The notes below the pieces were generated by a model. The model was not told the origin of the DNA. It did not search any database and saw only the letters and a list, made by a program, of their open reading frames with translations. The position numbers and the translations under genes are program-made. A stretch of DNA of 64,000 nt from UHGV virus genome UHGV-0120889. One strand, given 5' to 3'. Source of the DNA: a virus. Positions 46,725 through 55,922 of this stretch are shown piece by piece (positions within the stretch are counted from its first letter, which is position 1; every line of letters starts with the position of its first letter).

Positions 46725-46985
46725 TTGATGAAGATTAAATTGAAAAACCTTGAAACGGCAGAGATTCAGGACGGTGTTGATTTCCGTTCTAAAGATGGTG
46801 ACATCTTAGAGGTAAATATTCCAACCTACGAGCTGATTAAAGGTTTTGGCAACGTTCCGGAAGAGGATATTACAGAAATTCTTATGATGTTGATTCTTGA
46901 CGGAACTGTGTTTGTAGGTGAAGGTGAGAACGCTATTGCAATCCCAGGCCATTTTTATGAAGTAGTTGACGAAGAGGTGCTGTAA
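46725..46985 (+). CDS. hypothetical small acidic protein (MMKIKL..., C-terminus YEVVDEEVL)
   Basis: 86 aa; preceded by TTGACA 46667-46672 and AATAAT -10. Confidence 0.4.
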   Translation: MMKIKLKNLETAEIQDGVDFRSKDGDILEVNIPTYELIKGFGNVPEEDITEILMMLILDGTVFVGEGENAIAIPGHFYEVVDEEVL

Positions 46986-47336
46986 ATGAAAGTAGAAATT
47001 ACTGGTTTTGATGTTAATGTGGTTCCGGAAGATATTTTAGCTAAACTTCCGGAAGGTTTTGGTAACGGTGTTGTGGTGGATGCTGTTCCTCCTACTAAAG
47101 ACATTCTGCTGCAGTATGGTGTAGCAGAGGAAGATGTCGATAAAGTTCTTACAATGATGGCAATCGATCGTGTTGTCGTTGTTAAAGGTCTCGATAATTT
47201 TGAGAGTGATCCACTGATTATTCGTGGAGATGACTACAAAATCATCGATAATGAAGGCCAAGAGTTCTATGAGCCTTGTGCAGAAGATATTCTTAACTTA
47301 TTACTGGAAGCAGGCACCGAAGAGGAGGACGAATAA
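46986..47336 (+). CDS. hypothetical small acidic protein (MKVEITG...)
   Basis: 116 aa; N-terminus resembles the HPF-like ORF. Confidence 0.4.
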   Translation: MKVEITGFDVNVVPEDILAKLPEGFGNGVVVDAVPPTKDILLQYGVAEEDVDKVLTMMAIDRVVVVKGLDNFESDPLIIRGDDYKIIDNEGQEFYEPCAEDILNLLLEAGTEEEDE

Positions 47337-47665
47337 TGAAGATTGACCCGTTACTGAAGGCTCGTGCAGAAAAAGCGTACACCATTAAGTTGACCAACTT
47401 GGTTCCTACTTGTCATCCGGATGTAGGTTGGCCCGAAGGTTTGGTGGAGGGAACTGTAACAGCTGCATACCTTCCTAACATCAAATACCTCATGGAAATC
47501 TTGGAGCTGGATGAGGAAACGGCAGAAGAGTTCCAGTTGGACATGAAACAAAGTGGGACTCTGGTTATTCACGGGTGGTACAATACTAAAGATGTAGAAG
47601 ACCCTCTGGTAACTTCTAATCTGGCATATGAAATCTTAGGGCCTTTGAACCTGGAGGAAGACTAA
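47336..47665 (+). CDS. hypothetical small acidic protein (C-terminus YEILGPLNLEED)
   Basis: 109 aa. Confidence 0.4.
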   Translation: MKIDPLLKARAEKAYTIKLTNLVPTCHPDVGWPEGLVEGTVTAAYLPNIKYLMEILELDEETAEEFQLDMKQSGTLVIHGWYNTKDVEDPLVTSNLAYEILGPLNLEED

Positions 47666-47952
47666 TGAAAGATCTGGTTAAGATTAAGATTAAAGATACC
47701 AATGGAGAACTCAGCCATTTTGGAATTAATGATGGTGACGAGCTGATCGCACACCTGCCTACCAAGGAGGTTGTAAGCAAAGCAGTTGCCGGAGAAGAAG
47801 CTGCAATGCAGGCTGCAGGTGTGGATGAAAACTATGTAGCTATGTGCATGTGCCGAGATCAGGTTGTTCTGTATAAAGCGTATCGACCAAACGGAGCCAC
47901 GGAGTGGCTTGTATTCCGACCCGAAGGATATGAAATCTTAGAGGCACTATGA
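47665..47952 (+). CDS. hypothetical small acidic protein (C-terminus EGYEILEAL)
   Basis: 95 aa. Confidence 0.4.
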   Translation: MKDLVKIKIKDTNGELSHFGINDGDELIAHLPTKEVVSKAVAGEEAAMQAAGVDENYVAMCMCRDQVVLYKAYRPNGATEWLVFRPEGYEILEAL

Positions 47953-48032
47953 TAAATCTTGCCAAGGTTGCAACGGCACTGTTAATTATTTGCTGGTCAG
48001 TAACCTTAACACTGTGTCTTGTATTTCAGTGA
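47949..48032 (+). CDS. micro-ORF encoding 27-aa hydrophobic peptide
   Basis: MINLAKVATALLIICWSVTLTLCLVFQ; ATG overlaps upstream stop (ATGA); below track cutoff. Confidence 0.3.
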   Translation: MINLAKVATALLIICWSVTLTLCLVFQ

Positions 48033-48041
48033 GGTGCTTGT

Positions 48042-48305
48042 ATGAACATCCTGATGTGGGTTATAGCAGTGGCGTTTGTTGCATGTTTTTGCTGCTGGGT
48101 TGCGGTGAGGATTTCTGTAGCTACCCTTCGGAAGTTGGGGTTCTCAGAATGGGATATTAATATCCTTTCTTTTCGCAATGAAACAATCTCAGCCGCCCTG
48201 CTTTGTAAGAAATTTAAGTGGGAACCTTGTGAGGTCATGAGCTATCTAAGAACAGGCGATATCCCTGAAAGATTTAAAAAAGTTCTTGACGGCAAGGATA
48301 AATGA
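48042..48305 (+). CDS. small membrane protein
   Basis: N-terminal ILMWVIAVAFVACFCCWVAV; 87 aa. Confidence 0.4.
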   Translation: MNILMWVIAVAFVACFCCWVAVRISVATLRKLGFSEWDINILSFRNETISAALLCKKFKWEPCEVMSYLRTGDIPERFKKVLDGKDK

Positions 48306-48460
48306 CAGTATAGTGACTAACAAGAGGTGAGGGGTGACTGATTTTACTGAAGCTTTAATGATGGCCTTGTCTGTTTTAGCGCTATCGGTGTGTTTTGGGG
48401 CGTTATTCACATCTCTGGTTAAAGTTTTACATACAGTATTATTACCCAAGGAGCGCAGTA

Positions 48461-48712
48461 ATGACGAAGATTGACTTGAATGCTGGTGATCATGTTGTTG
48501 TCAAATGCGTTGGAGATTATCTTGGATTCACAATCGGCAATACTTACGAGGCGGTAGTGGCGAAGGTTTATCATGATAAAGTCCTCAGTCTTGTATTTGA
48601 CTGTGATGATGACGGAGATGACCGTTACGTCTGTGAGGTGCTGGCTCGTGACGATAGTGAAGACCAGAAATTCCTGGTTATTGAACTGAACGGTATTTTT
48701 GTAGAACGTTAA
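48461..48712 (+). CDS. hypothetical protein
   Basis: Trimmed to ATG 48461 (RBS AAGGAG). Confidence 0.4.
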   Translation: MTKIDLNAGDHVVVKCVGDYLGFTIGNTYEAVVAKVYHDKVLSLVFDCDDDGDDRYVCEVLARDDSEDQKFLVIELNGIFVER

Positions 48713-48740
48713 TTTAAAACAACATAAGGAGACTCTTACT

Positions 48741-49046
48741 ATGGCTAAATCTAAAGTTGAACTGTTCACCTCTCTTCCTTCTGACACTGCAGAACGTGAT
48801 CGCCTTCGCAAAACAATTGAAGAACTGGTGGAACTCCAGCTTCAGATTAAAGATTTGAAAGATGCCATCAAGGATATCATTCTTGTTGAGAAGCAGGATC
48901 ATCTGTATTCTCCTAAATTCATCAAATCTTTGGTGGCTACAGAGTTTGATATCCGCTACGAAGCTGAAAAACGTCGCGCTAAGATTGAAGAAGAGGTTGA
49001 GCACATGTCTGAGGCAGACATTCTGTTCAAACGCTCTGTAGAATAA
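48741..49046 (+). CDS. hypothetical protein (charged, coiled-coil-like)
   Basis: 101 aa. Confidence 0.4.
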   Translation: MAKSKVELFTSLPSDTAERDRLRKTIEELVELQLQIKDLKDAIKDIILVEKQDHLYSPKFIKSLVATEFDIRYEAEKRRAKIEEEVEHMSEADILFKRSVE

Positions 49047-49047
49047 T

Positions 49048-49419
49048 ATGGCAGAGGGGCCCCTCTTTCACTATTTGCAAAAGGAACCAGCTATGAGAAT
49101 GCCAATCACTGTGAAAGAGCTAAATGAACGTGATGCAGGTGGTCTATGGCCTGCACGAAAAATCCGCTGCGTCTATATGAAAGAGAATCTTGAACATCTT
49201 GATCAACAGATCAAGGTCGGTGATATTTTCGAGGTCTTCTATTCCAATCGTCGCAACTGGGAAACCATTCAGCCTTCTGGTTTTGTTCTTGCCAAACTTG
49301 ACACTGGAGAAGTGATTATTCCTGGGTTGGATATTGTCTTCGAAATTATCCAGGAGTGGGATCCGGATAAGATTAGATATGAAGAGTTATTCGGTGAAGG
49401 TATTATCAAACCTGTGTGA
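49048..49419 (+). CDS. hypothetical protein
   Basis: 123 aa; true start may be internal ATG (MRMPITV). Confidence 0.4.
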   Translation: MAEGPLFHYLQKEPAMRMPITVKELNERDAGGLWPARKIRCVYMKENLEHLDQQIKVGDIFEVFYSNRRNWETIQPSGFVLAKLDTGEVIIPGLDIVFEIIQEWDPDKIRYEELFGEGIIKPV

Positions 49420-49727
49420 GGTGGATTATGTCTACAAAGGCGGCTAAATACTCCTATATGCCATCAACCTCTGCAGAGGTAGACTTTAGTTTCGATGTGT
49501 TTCCACTGTTTGAGGTGGTTCTGGCATACCCAACAATACTATCTACTCCTGAATCACTTGTGCCTGTTAAGTTGCAGAACGCTATGCATTCCATGCACTA
49601 CAACAACAAATGTAGGCACAGATGGTGTCAGGACGAGGAAAAAGATTTGGATAGTTTGAGAGATTTTGACAGTCACCTTTTGACACCTTTCAGCTACTCC
49701 AACCTTGATAAGCCCTCGTGGGTATAG
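49416..49727 (+). CDS. hypothetical protein
   Basis: 103 aa. Confidence 0.35.
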   Translation: MRWIMSTKAAKYSYMPSTSAEVDFSFDVFPLFEVVLAYPTILSTPESLVPVKLQNAMHSMHYNNKCRHRWCQDEEKDLDSLRDFDSHLLTPFSYSNLDKPSWV

Positions 49728-49751
49728 CAAAATATCAAATTTAAGACACCT

Positions 49752-49779
49752 AGGACGCTCTGTGGCGTCCTTTTCTTTA
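49752..49779 (+). terminator. rho-independent terminator
   Basis: Hairpin AGGACGC-TCTGTG-GCGTCCT followed by TTTCTTTAT. Confidence 0.65.
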
Positions 49780-49940
49780 TCTGGTGCACGATTGCATACC
49801 TTGGGTAGTTAATCTCATTACAGAGCGTTTAAGAGCTCCCTACAAACAACTCCATATTTCGAGCGTAGCGAGAACGCACGTCCGTTTTGACCCAAATCAC
49901 CATACGCTCGGATTTTAACCAAACCCTCGCGGCGTTTCTG

Positions 49941-49969
49941 TTGACACATTGCCGATCCAGTGATAGTAT
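49941..49969 (+). promoter_or_regulatory. sigma70-like promoter (TTGACA-N17-TAGTAT)
   Basis: TTGACA 49941-49946, TAGTAT 49964-49969. Confidence 0.45.
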
Positions 49970-50001
49970 CCACACATAGTTTGTAGAATATGGAGTACAC
50001 A

Positions 50002-50091
50002 ATGAGAACATTGTCCGAAGTTTTAGTGGTGATCCTGATGATCATTACGTCCATAGTGGCTGTTGCCGGAATACTCACGGGTGGAACATGA
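50002..50091 (+). CDS. micro-ORF encoding 29-aa hydrophobic peptide
   Basis: MRTLSEVLVVILMIITSIVAVAGILTGGT; stop overlaps next start (ATGA). Confidence 0.3.
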   Translation: MRTLSEVLVVILMIITSIVAVAGILTGGT

Positions 50092-50300
50092 TAAACACAC
50101 ATGCATCTGAAGAGACATCCAAAGGAGTGACTATATGTCCCTTGACTGAGCCAGTGAAAGAGGAAAACTTCGATTCTGAAGATTCTCCATCTTCGCTCCA
50201 GGTAGATCCTGAGGTTGATGACCTAACGTGGGAGGACATCGTAGATATCTGGTTCTCTATTATGCCTGAGCACGAAGAGTTCAGGGGCGGCAGACTATGA
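50088..50300 (+). CDS. hypothetical acidic protein
   Basis: 70 aa. Confidence 0.35.
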   Translation: MINTHASEETSKGVTICPLTEPVKEENFDSEDSPSSLQVDPEVDDLTWEDIVDIWFSIMPEHEEFRGGRL

Positions 50301-50422
50301 AGCACCGAGCCCACACAGGTTCCTCATGCTAAAGCATGGCCTGAAGAGGCAAACGTGCATAATTCCAGCGTATTGGAACGCATAAAACCCTGTTCACACT
50401 CTCATTTTCCAGAGGAGATTTC

Positions 50423-50638
50423 ATGAAGATAGAAATATTTGGTGGAGCTGACAACACTCGTGGCCTGATTTACCTTGAATTCGAGGAATCATACCTGCCA
50501 GAGGTGTTAAATATAGACTCTGTTGCTGAGGCTTTGGGAGTAAACCCTAAAGAACTCCACTCTTGTGCTGAGATCGATGGTTGGGAAGAGACCATGAACA
50601 TTGATTTCAGTGAAGTAGAGGATGAACCGCTGGACTGA
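50423..50638 (+). CDS. hypothetical small acidic protein (MKIEIFGG...)
   Basis: 71 aa; family-like N-terminus. Confidence 0.4.
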   Translation: MKIEIFGGADNTRGLIYLEFEESYLPEVLNIDSVAEALGVNPKELHSCAEIDGWEETMNIDFSEVEDEPLD

Positions 50639-53102
50639 CACACAATTAGCTGCCCGGCTAAAGTGCTGGAAGCACCTATAACACATCTTTCAACTAAATT
50701 TCCTACCACCACAATCACTTACCTCCCACACATGACTGTTTGCTTGTTTAGTGAGCAGTCATGCCTTGACATTCTTGCCTATCTTGATAAAATTAAGTTC
50801 TTCTCTTTTCTTTTACCGAGTAATTCGGGTTTTCTGTTCTCTTCGGTTTGAAGGGGTATGGAGATACACCTGAGTGAACAGGGTGAACAACCGAACCTTT
50901 GGCTATGGCATTAGCATGGCGAAGCGGACGGGTGACGAAAGAGGGGCCGGAGGACACCAGTCACTGCCATATGATATATGGGTGATAACCTGAAGAGTCT
51001 GAATAAGTGTTTAAGTACCAGTCAGAGGAAAAGGTGAATGGTAGCCGAAGGGGGAGGGGGGTTTCTTGTATCTTTAATTTGTATATTATGTATACACTTG
51101 TAAACCAACACCATCTGAATTTGTTTACCACAGAAAGCGGATAGAGACAAATATTACCTATTAAACTTGAATTATTTATAGAAAATACCACAACACCACT
51201 TAAGTATTTGATTTTACACATAAATCCTACAGATATTCACCCTCCATATTTAACATACTTGTAACATATTCCATACTCTACCTGTCTGATCAATTTCCCC
51301 AACTACACCCACCATATTTTCCCTGTCTGTACCACCCCTGACCCGCCGGGAGTCCCGTCATATCTGGCTTTCCAGCAAATATCACACCCACAAATATCAT
51401 TGCCTGAAGAGGGTTTCATCCCATAATACATGCCTTACCTGAAGAGCGCTTCATACACCACGTAAATTTTTTAATTGACCCCCTCCCCGCCGCCGGAGAG
51501 GTTGTCTTTTCCCACACAGACCTGAAGAGTCAGTCAGAAATATCTGAATGGACCCAATTCTGCCCTGTCATGAGCGGTAGCGACTGGAGTGCTGCCAGGC
51601 GGACGAAATGGGAATACTTCTCATTCTTATAATAATTCTCAAATATCGAGGCAGTGAGGAAAATTAATAGGTGAGGCCGTTCACACAGTGGCACAACATT
51701 TGCAACCTATCTTGTGGGGGTGAATGAGAATACCTATCATTGTGAGAATAGTTATCATTACGGGCAATTTAACATAATACCCATTATGCGCACCACTGGC
51801 GATCCATACAGGGATTGATAACATGAGTTACAGTTTACGCATATAACAATCATATTTCTTACTATTTGTGTGGGATATAGTTAGCAGCCGATAGATTAGA
51901 TATTGACCTGTGGACTTCCAACCATCTAGACGTCTAAACGCCCACACAACAAGGATTATACATACATTACTGAATGTAAACAGGGCCGCAAAAATGCTAC
52001 CATACCAGTTTGTAAATTTTTCATGCAGCACTTGACAAAGAGGAGGAAAACTTGTCTGACATAATGTGACCTAACTGACACAACATGACACTTTTACACA
52101 CCTATTAGTTTACACACTGGATTGTTTACATTCCTGATTGTTCACATGCTAACCATTTACATGATTGACTGTTTACACACCGATAATCAGCCATGCCATT
52201 CGTTTGCATGACAATAATTATACATGACAATAATCGCACTGATTATAATTAGCATGACATAATATAAAAGCAGGGCAACTATTAGCAGATCTATAGTTGC
52301 CTTGCTTGTCATGTCATGATTAACTAAATACAAGGCAACTATGATCTGATTAATAGTTTGCAGACAAACTATCACGGGGGTGATGGTTACTGCTTTTATA
52401 TTATGTCGCGACTCCGTCGCGCCATGCCATTCGTTTGCATAGTTGCCTTATTGTTACAGGTAAAATAATTGTATTGTTAATTATTTCTTATCTTTCTATT
52501 AGTCATCTAATGATTCCAGTTAGTATAGTAACGTACAGTAAACATTAGACGACTAAAGATTTCTCTGCTTATGATAACCTAACGTGACAATTTCAGACTG
52601 TTTACGAAAAATGTTGACACCTGAGCTGATTTATGTTATGCAGTTTACACGAATAATTATTTTATGCAGGTATTGACTATTCCGTTATTCTATGGTTGGA
52701 ATAAATACTTAGCAGACTATAGAATGGTGAGCGTACGTAAATTCTGAGATCTGTCGGCTATAGTTATACTCGATTTTTCACGTAGAACACGCTTTTTGGT
52801 TTGTGTAAGTGTATGACTTATAAAGATTTTTAGTTGTTGACAAGATATTGGAGATGTGCATCAGATTAAATTTTGTGCAATAGCTACATTACGTGCACTT
52901 TTGGAAGAAAAAACGTGTAAAAATGGCCCTGCTACCACACAATGAAAGATTATGCAATAGTTATTTTATATGTATATTTGTACAGTGTGTGGGATTAATG
53001 GCTAGTCAATTATTCCACTTGCCAGGTAGGGCCGTTTATGGTAGGAGAAGAGCAGACAAAAAGAAAGGGGCCTTTAAGCCCCTTGATAATTCAATTAAGA
53101 AA

Positions 53103-53522
53103 TTATAATGATTCGTATATTTCAAAAATCCGATTTGCCAGGTCGTTACGGTAGCGGAATTTTTCATCACGCTTGATCATTAAATCCTTATAGCCGTACT
53201 CTTTAAGCACTTCATTAACTTTATGGCGGCATACCTGCATATTATCTTGAGCGTCACCAATAAATCTGTTGCTATGGTGCATGGCTTTAATTTCTTCTTC
53301 CAGGACCAGGGCAACTATGCGGACCGGATCAAGCTGATAGGCGGTAACATCCATGCGGCATTGTAAACGGCTTTTTACGTCTGCCACCGGATATACTGCA
53401 ACCTCTTCCCCGTCAACATTGACAATAATTAGTTTACCATCGATTTCGAATCCTTTCGCCGCCGGACCGTGACAAAAAGCGTTATCAAAGCTATATGCCG
53501 GATTATTAGATTTAATGTTCAT
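53103..53522 (-). CDS. hypothetical protein
   Basis: 139 aa; first gene of minus-strand block. Confidence 0.4.
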   Translation of the reverse strand: MNIKSNNPAYSFDNAFCHGPAAKGFEIDGKLIIVNVDGEEVAVYPVADVKSRLQCRMDVTAYQLDPVRIVALVLEEEIKAMHHSNRFIGDAQDNMQVCRHKVNEVLKEYGYKDLMIKRDEKFRYRNDLANRIFEIYESL

Positions 53523-53666
53523 GGTGTTTTTACCTCTTAGTTAATTTTCTTACAACTTCCCTTCAAAAAAGAATATAGCAAAACTGCCGATCCCTGTCAA
53601 CCAGGGATAGCATAATTTTTATGTGATCAAGGGGCTTTATTGCCCCTGACCATGTAACTTGTTGTA

Positions 53667-53930
53667 TTATTTGTTGCTCATCCAGTTTTCCCAAGCTGCC
53701 TGATAATCTGCCTCACTACGGCGGATCTCTTCTTGCTCTTCAAGGCGGATCTCTTCTTCCAGGTACCCCAAGATGTCAGCCTTTTTAGTCTGGCGTAGCA
53801 TCCAGTCATCTTTTTTGCGAGTGAAGATCTTATAAGCTTTCTCGCAAACCTCTTTTTTGCTACCTTTCTGGACTTCAAGAACACGATAAGCCATATATTG
53901 AACTAATTTGAGCTGATCAAGACGTTTCAT
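53667..53930 (-). CDS. hypothetical protein
   Basis: 87 aa charged. Confidence 0.4.
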   Translation of the reverse strand: MKRLDQLKLVQYMAYRVLEVQKGSKKEVCEKAYKIFTRKKDDWMLRQTKKADILGYLEEEIRLEEQEEIRRSEADYQAAWENWMSNK

Positions 53931-53990
53931 GATGTTTACCTCTTTGTGCGGTTCTGATTAGTGGGCCTTTTGGCCCGTGTCATTATCTTA

Positions 53991-54263
53991 TTACTTATGA
54001 CGGCAGAGTTCAAGCGTTTTTAATTGATAATCTTCCTCAGCTTGGAGTACGACCGCCTCGATCATTTCGTTGGCATTGTTAAAGCCATAACCTTTAGCGA
54101 ACTCATCCGCGCCACCTTCGTGATCATGTTCTGCGTTCATCGCTTCCACAAAATGGAATTCCAAATTGTTGAGGTAGGGGCTTGATGTTCCGTCCTCTTT
54201 TTCGATGAGATCCCAAATAGCATTAAAACGTGATTCGACTTCTTGATTAATCCAGCTTGACAT
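53991..54263 (-). CDS. hypothetical protein
   Basis: 90 aa acidic. Confidence 0.4.
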   Translation of the reverse strand: MSSWINQEVESRFNAIWDLIEKEDGTSSPYLNNLEFHFVEAMNAEHDHEGGADEFAKGYGFNNANEMIEAVVLQAEEDYQLKTLELCRHK

Positions 54264-54480
54264 AGTGTTTTCCTCTCTCCTGGTTGTTGTGTGGGCACTT
54301 TTGCCCCTTCAAGATAAATGTTACCTCACCCCATGGCAGATGTCAACGGTTTTTATAGTTCTTATATGACAGGCAGGCCCGGTGATTGTCTCCCCCTGTT
54401 CCCAAGTGCCGCCCGTTTAATAAGAATAGCAAAAGGGGCCGAACAAGTCAACCCCAAAATCAGTACCAAAACACTTTTAT

Positions 54481-54792
54481 TTATACGGTCCGATCATTGG
54501 CCTTTGTCCAGGACCTGGCGATCCGTTTCCCGGTCACCTGGAACGGAGGCTGCATTGTGTGTAATGAGTCCAGAGTAAGGGAGGACCGTTTACGGCGTAT
54601 CTTCAGGATCGCTAACGTATTGTCCATCTCACGGCCAGGTCCTGGGCGGTATGGTGTGCCTCCAGCGTTAAGGTTGATGATCTCATGTATTGAGATCCGG
54701 CGTTGTTTTGCTTCCGCATCTTTGAAGATAGCCAGCGGAGGCGCTATGCGTTGCCGATACCAATCTAAAACGGTTGGCGTAATAGCGATCAT
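54481..54792 (-). CDS. hypothetical protein (coding status uncertain; GC-rich locus)
   Basis: ATG overlaps stop of upstream gene (ATGA), but region also carries 11-bp inverted repeats CCAGGACCTGG/CCAGGTCCTGG (54507-54517 and 54631-54641). Confidence 0.3.
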   Translation of the reverse strand: MIAITPTVLDWYRQRIAPPLAIFKDAEAKQRRISIHEIINLNAGGTPYRPGPGREMDNTLAILKIRRKRSSLTLDSLHTMQPPFQVTGKRIARSWTKANDRTV

Positions 54793-54980
54793 ATTTTACC
54801 CCCTATGTAGTCCGGTCGGTTTTTCTCTGTCATACGCTTAAGCAATTCTTGCATGTTGCTTATGGCTTGTAGTGTATCCTCTTCAAGGGATGAATCAAGA
54901 TAATCAGGATCATTCTTCACCTTGCAATGATTATGATAACGCAGTACCGCCAGTACTTTTTTAACTTCTTCCGCTGTCAT
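54789..54980 (-). CDS. hypothetical protein
   Basis: 63 aa. Confidence 0.35.
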   Translation of the reverse strand: MTAEEVKKVLAVLRYHNHCKVKNDPDYLDSSLEEDTLQAISNMQELLKRMTEKNRPDYIGGKI

Positions 54981-54988
54981 TATCGCGC

Positions 54989-55123
54989 CTAAAACAATGA
55001 GTTAATATATAACACCAGATCGCTGACTACCAGGACAACATTAATCAGCACATACCTAACCATAAAGGGAAAGATCGCCAACATTGCCGCCACGATCCCC
55101 ATGGTAATAATTATCTTTCTCAT
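54989..55123 (-). CDS. micro-ORF encoding 44-aa hydrophobic peptide
   Basis: MRKIIITMGIVAAMLAIFPFMVRYVLINVVLVVSDLVLYINSLF; starts 2 nt after upstream stop. Confidence 0.3.
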   Translation of the reverse strand: MRKIIITMGIVAAMLAIFPFMVRYVLINVVLVVSDLVLYINSLF

Positions 55124-55125
55124 GG

Positions 55126-55410
55126 TTAACGGTTCACGTAAGTTTTCCCGTTTACGGTTATCGGCAGATCCTCCAGGTCTGGATCTTCTTTAAGGTCGTG
55201 AGCAAGTTCACCGCACCGAACGCCCTCGAATCCGTAGTACTCTGTCGTGCCATCCTGGAAAGTTTTAGCGGCAAGGCATAGGCGATAAGTAACACCGATT
55301 TGATTGACGGCATGGATATCAGTTAGATCTACCTCTTTTGCCAGCTCTTTGGCCATTACAGGCGCATTAAGTCCAACAACCAGGGCAACCACTGCGATCA
55401 TCTTTTTCAT
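55126..55410 (-). CDS. secreted/periplasmic protein
   Basis: N-terminal signal peptide MKKMIAVVALVVGLNAPVMA. Confidence 0.45.
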   Translation of the reverse strand: MKKMIAVVALVVGLNAPVMAKELAKEVDLTDIHAVNQIGVTYRLCLAAKTFQDGTTEYYGFEGVRCGELAHDLKEDPDLEDLPITVNGKTYVNR

Positions 55411-55541
55411 TGTATCTATCCTCTTTCTGCTACGTTTAAGGCGGCGGCAACCGCCTGTTTATGCTTTGTTGGTTAATTTTCGGGTATCGGTATAAATTAA
55501 ACTATGCTGTACGCTCAACTATAACAACGGCTTGAGGGATC

Positions 55542-55718
55542 TCACCTTCCACCACTATCAAGGCTTTTTTTCTGCGTAATGGATATCTTTACCCGCTTCA
55601 GCGTGGCGGTAAAGTCTTTCATTTCGTCGCGTGGTGTTTTAGTGCAATGCCAGATCTCAGGCTTACCTATTTGCAAGCCGCGTAAAAATTCTGTTTTTCC
55701 TGTTTTGTTAGTGATCAT
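55542..55718 (-). CDS. hypothetical small protein (58 aa)
   Basis: Hand-translated minus-strand ORF MITNKTGKTEFLRGLQIGKPEIWHCTK...; below track cutoff. Confidence 0.3.
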   Translation of the reverse strand: MITNKTGKTEFLRGLQIGKPEIWHCTKTPRDEMKDFTATLKRVKISITQKKSLDSGGR

Positions 55719-55727
55719 TTGCCAACC

Positions 55728-55832
55728 TCACCCGATACCGTTGGAAGACAAGATCACATTAGCCATGGTTGCAATCAGGCCAATACCCAGGGTAATAACC
55801 AGGATCACCGCATCAATTAATTTCTGTTTCAT
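55728..55832 (-). CDS. micro-ORF encoding 34-aa hydrophobic peptide
   Basis: MKQKLIDAVILVITLGIGLIATMANVILSSNGIG with RBS AGAGGAA. Confidence 0.3.
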   Translation of the reverse strand: MKQKLIDAVILVITLGIGLIATMANVILSSNGIG

Positions 55833-55922
55833 TTTGTTTTCCTCTTCTTGTTCCAGGTGGCGGACCATTCCACCGCCTTATGTATTATGCTTTGTAAGAT
55901 GGTTGTTTGTTTTCAAACTATT

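Noticed and set aside
50816-50840. Terminator after the last plus-strand gene
   Set aside because: Only a 4-5 bp stem (CCGA/TCGG) before the T-run; too weak to call confidently.
52893-53108. ORF 52893-53108 (plus) at the edge of the non-coding region
   Set aside because: No RBS, Lys/Arg-rich low-complexity translation, isolated from any plus-strand operon.
54318-54841. Plus-strand ORFs 54318-54578 and 54386-54841
   Set aside because: Antisense to a minus-strand ORF whose start overlaps the upstream stop; Pro/Arg-rich translations. Coding status of the locus remains uncertain.
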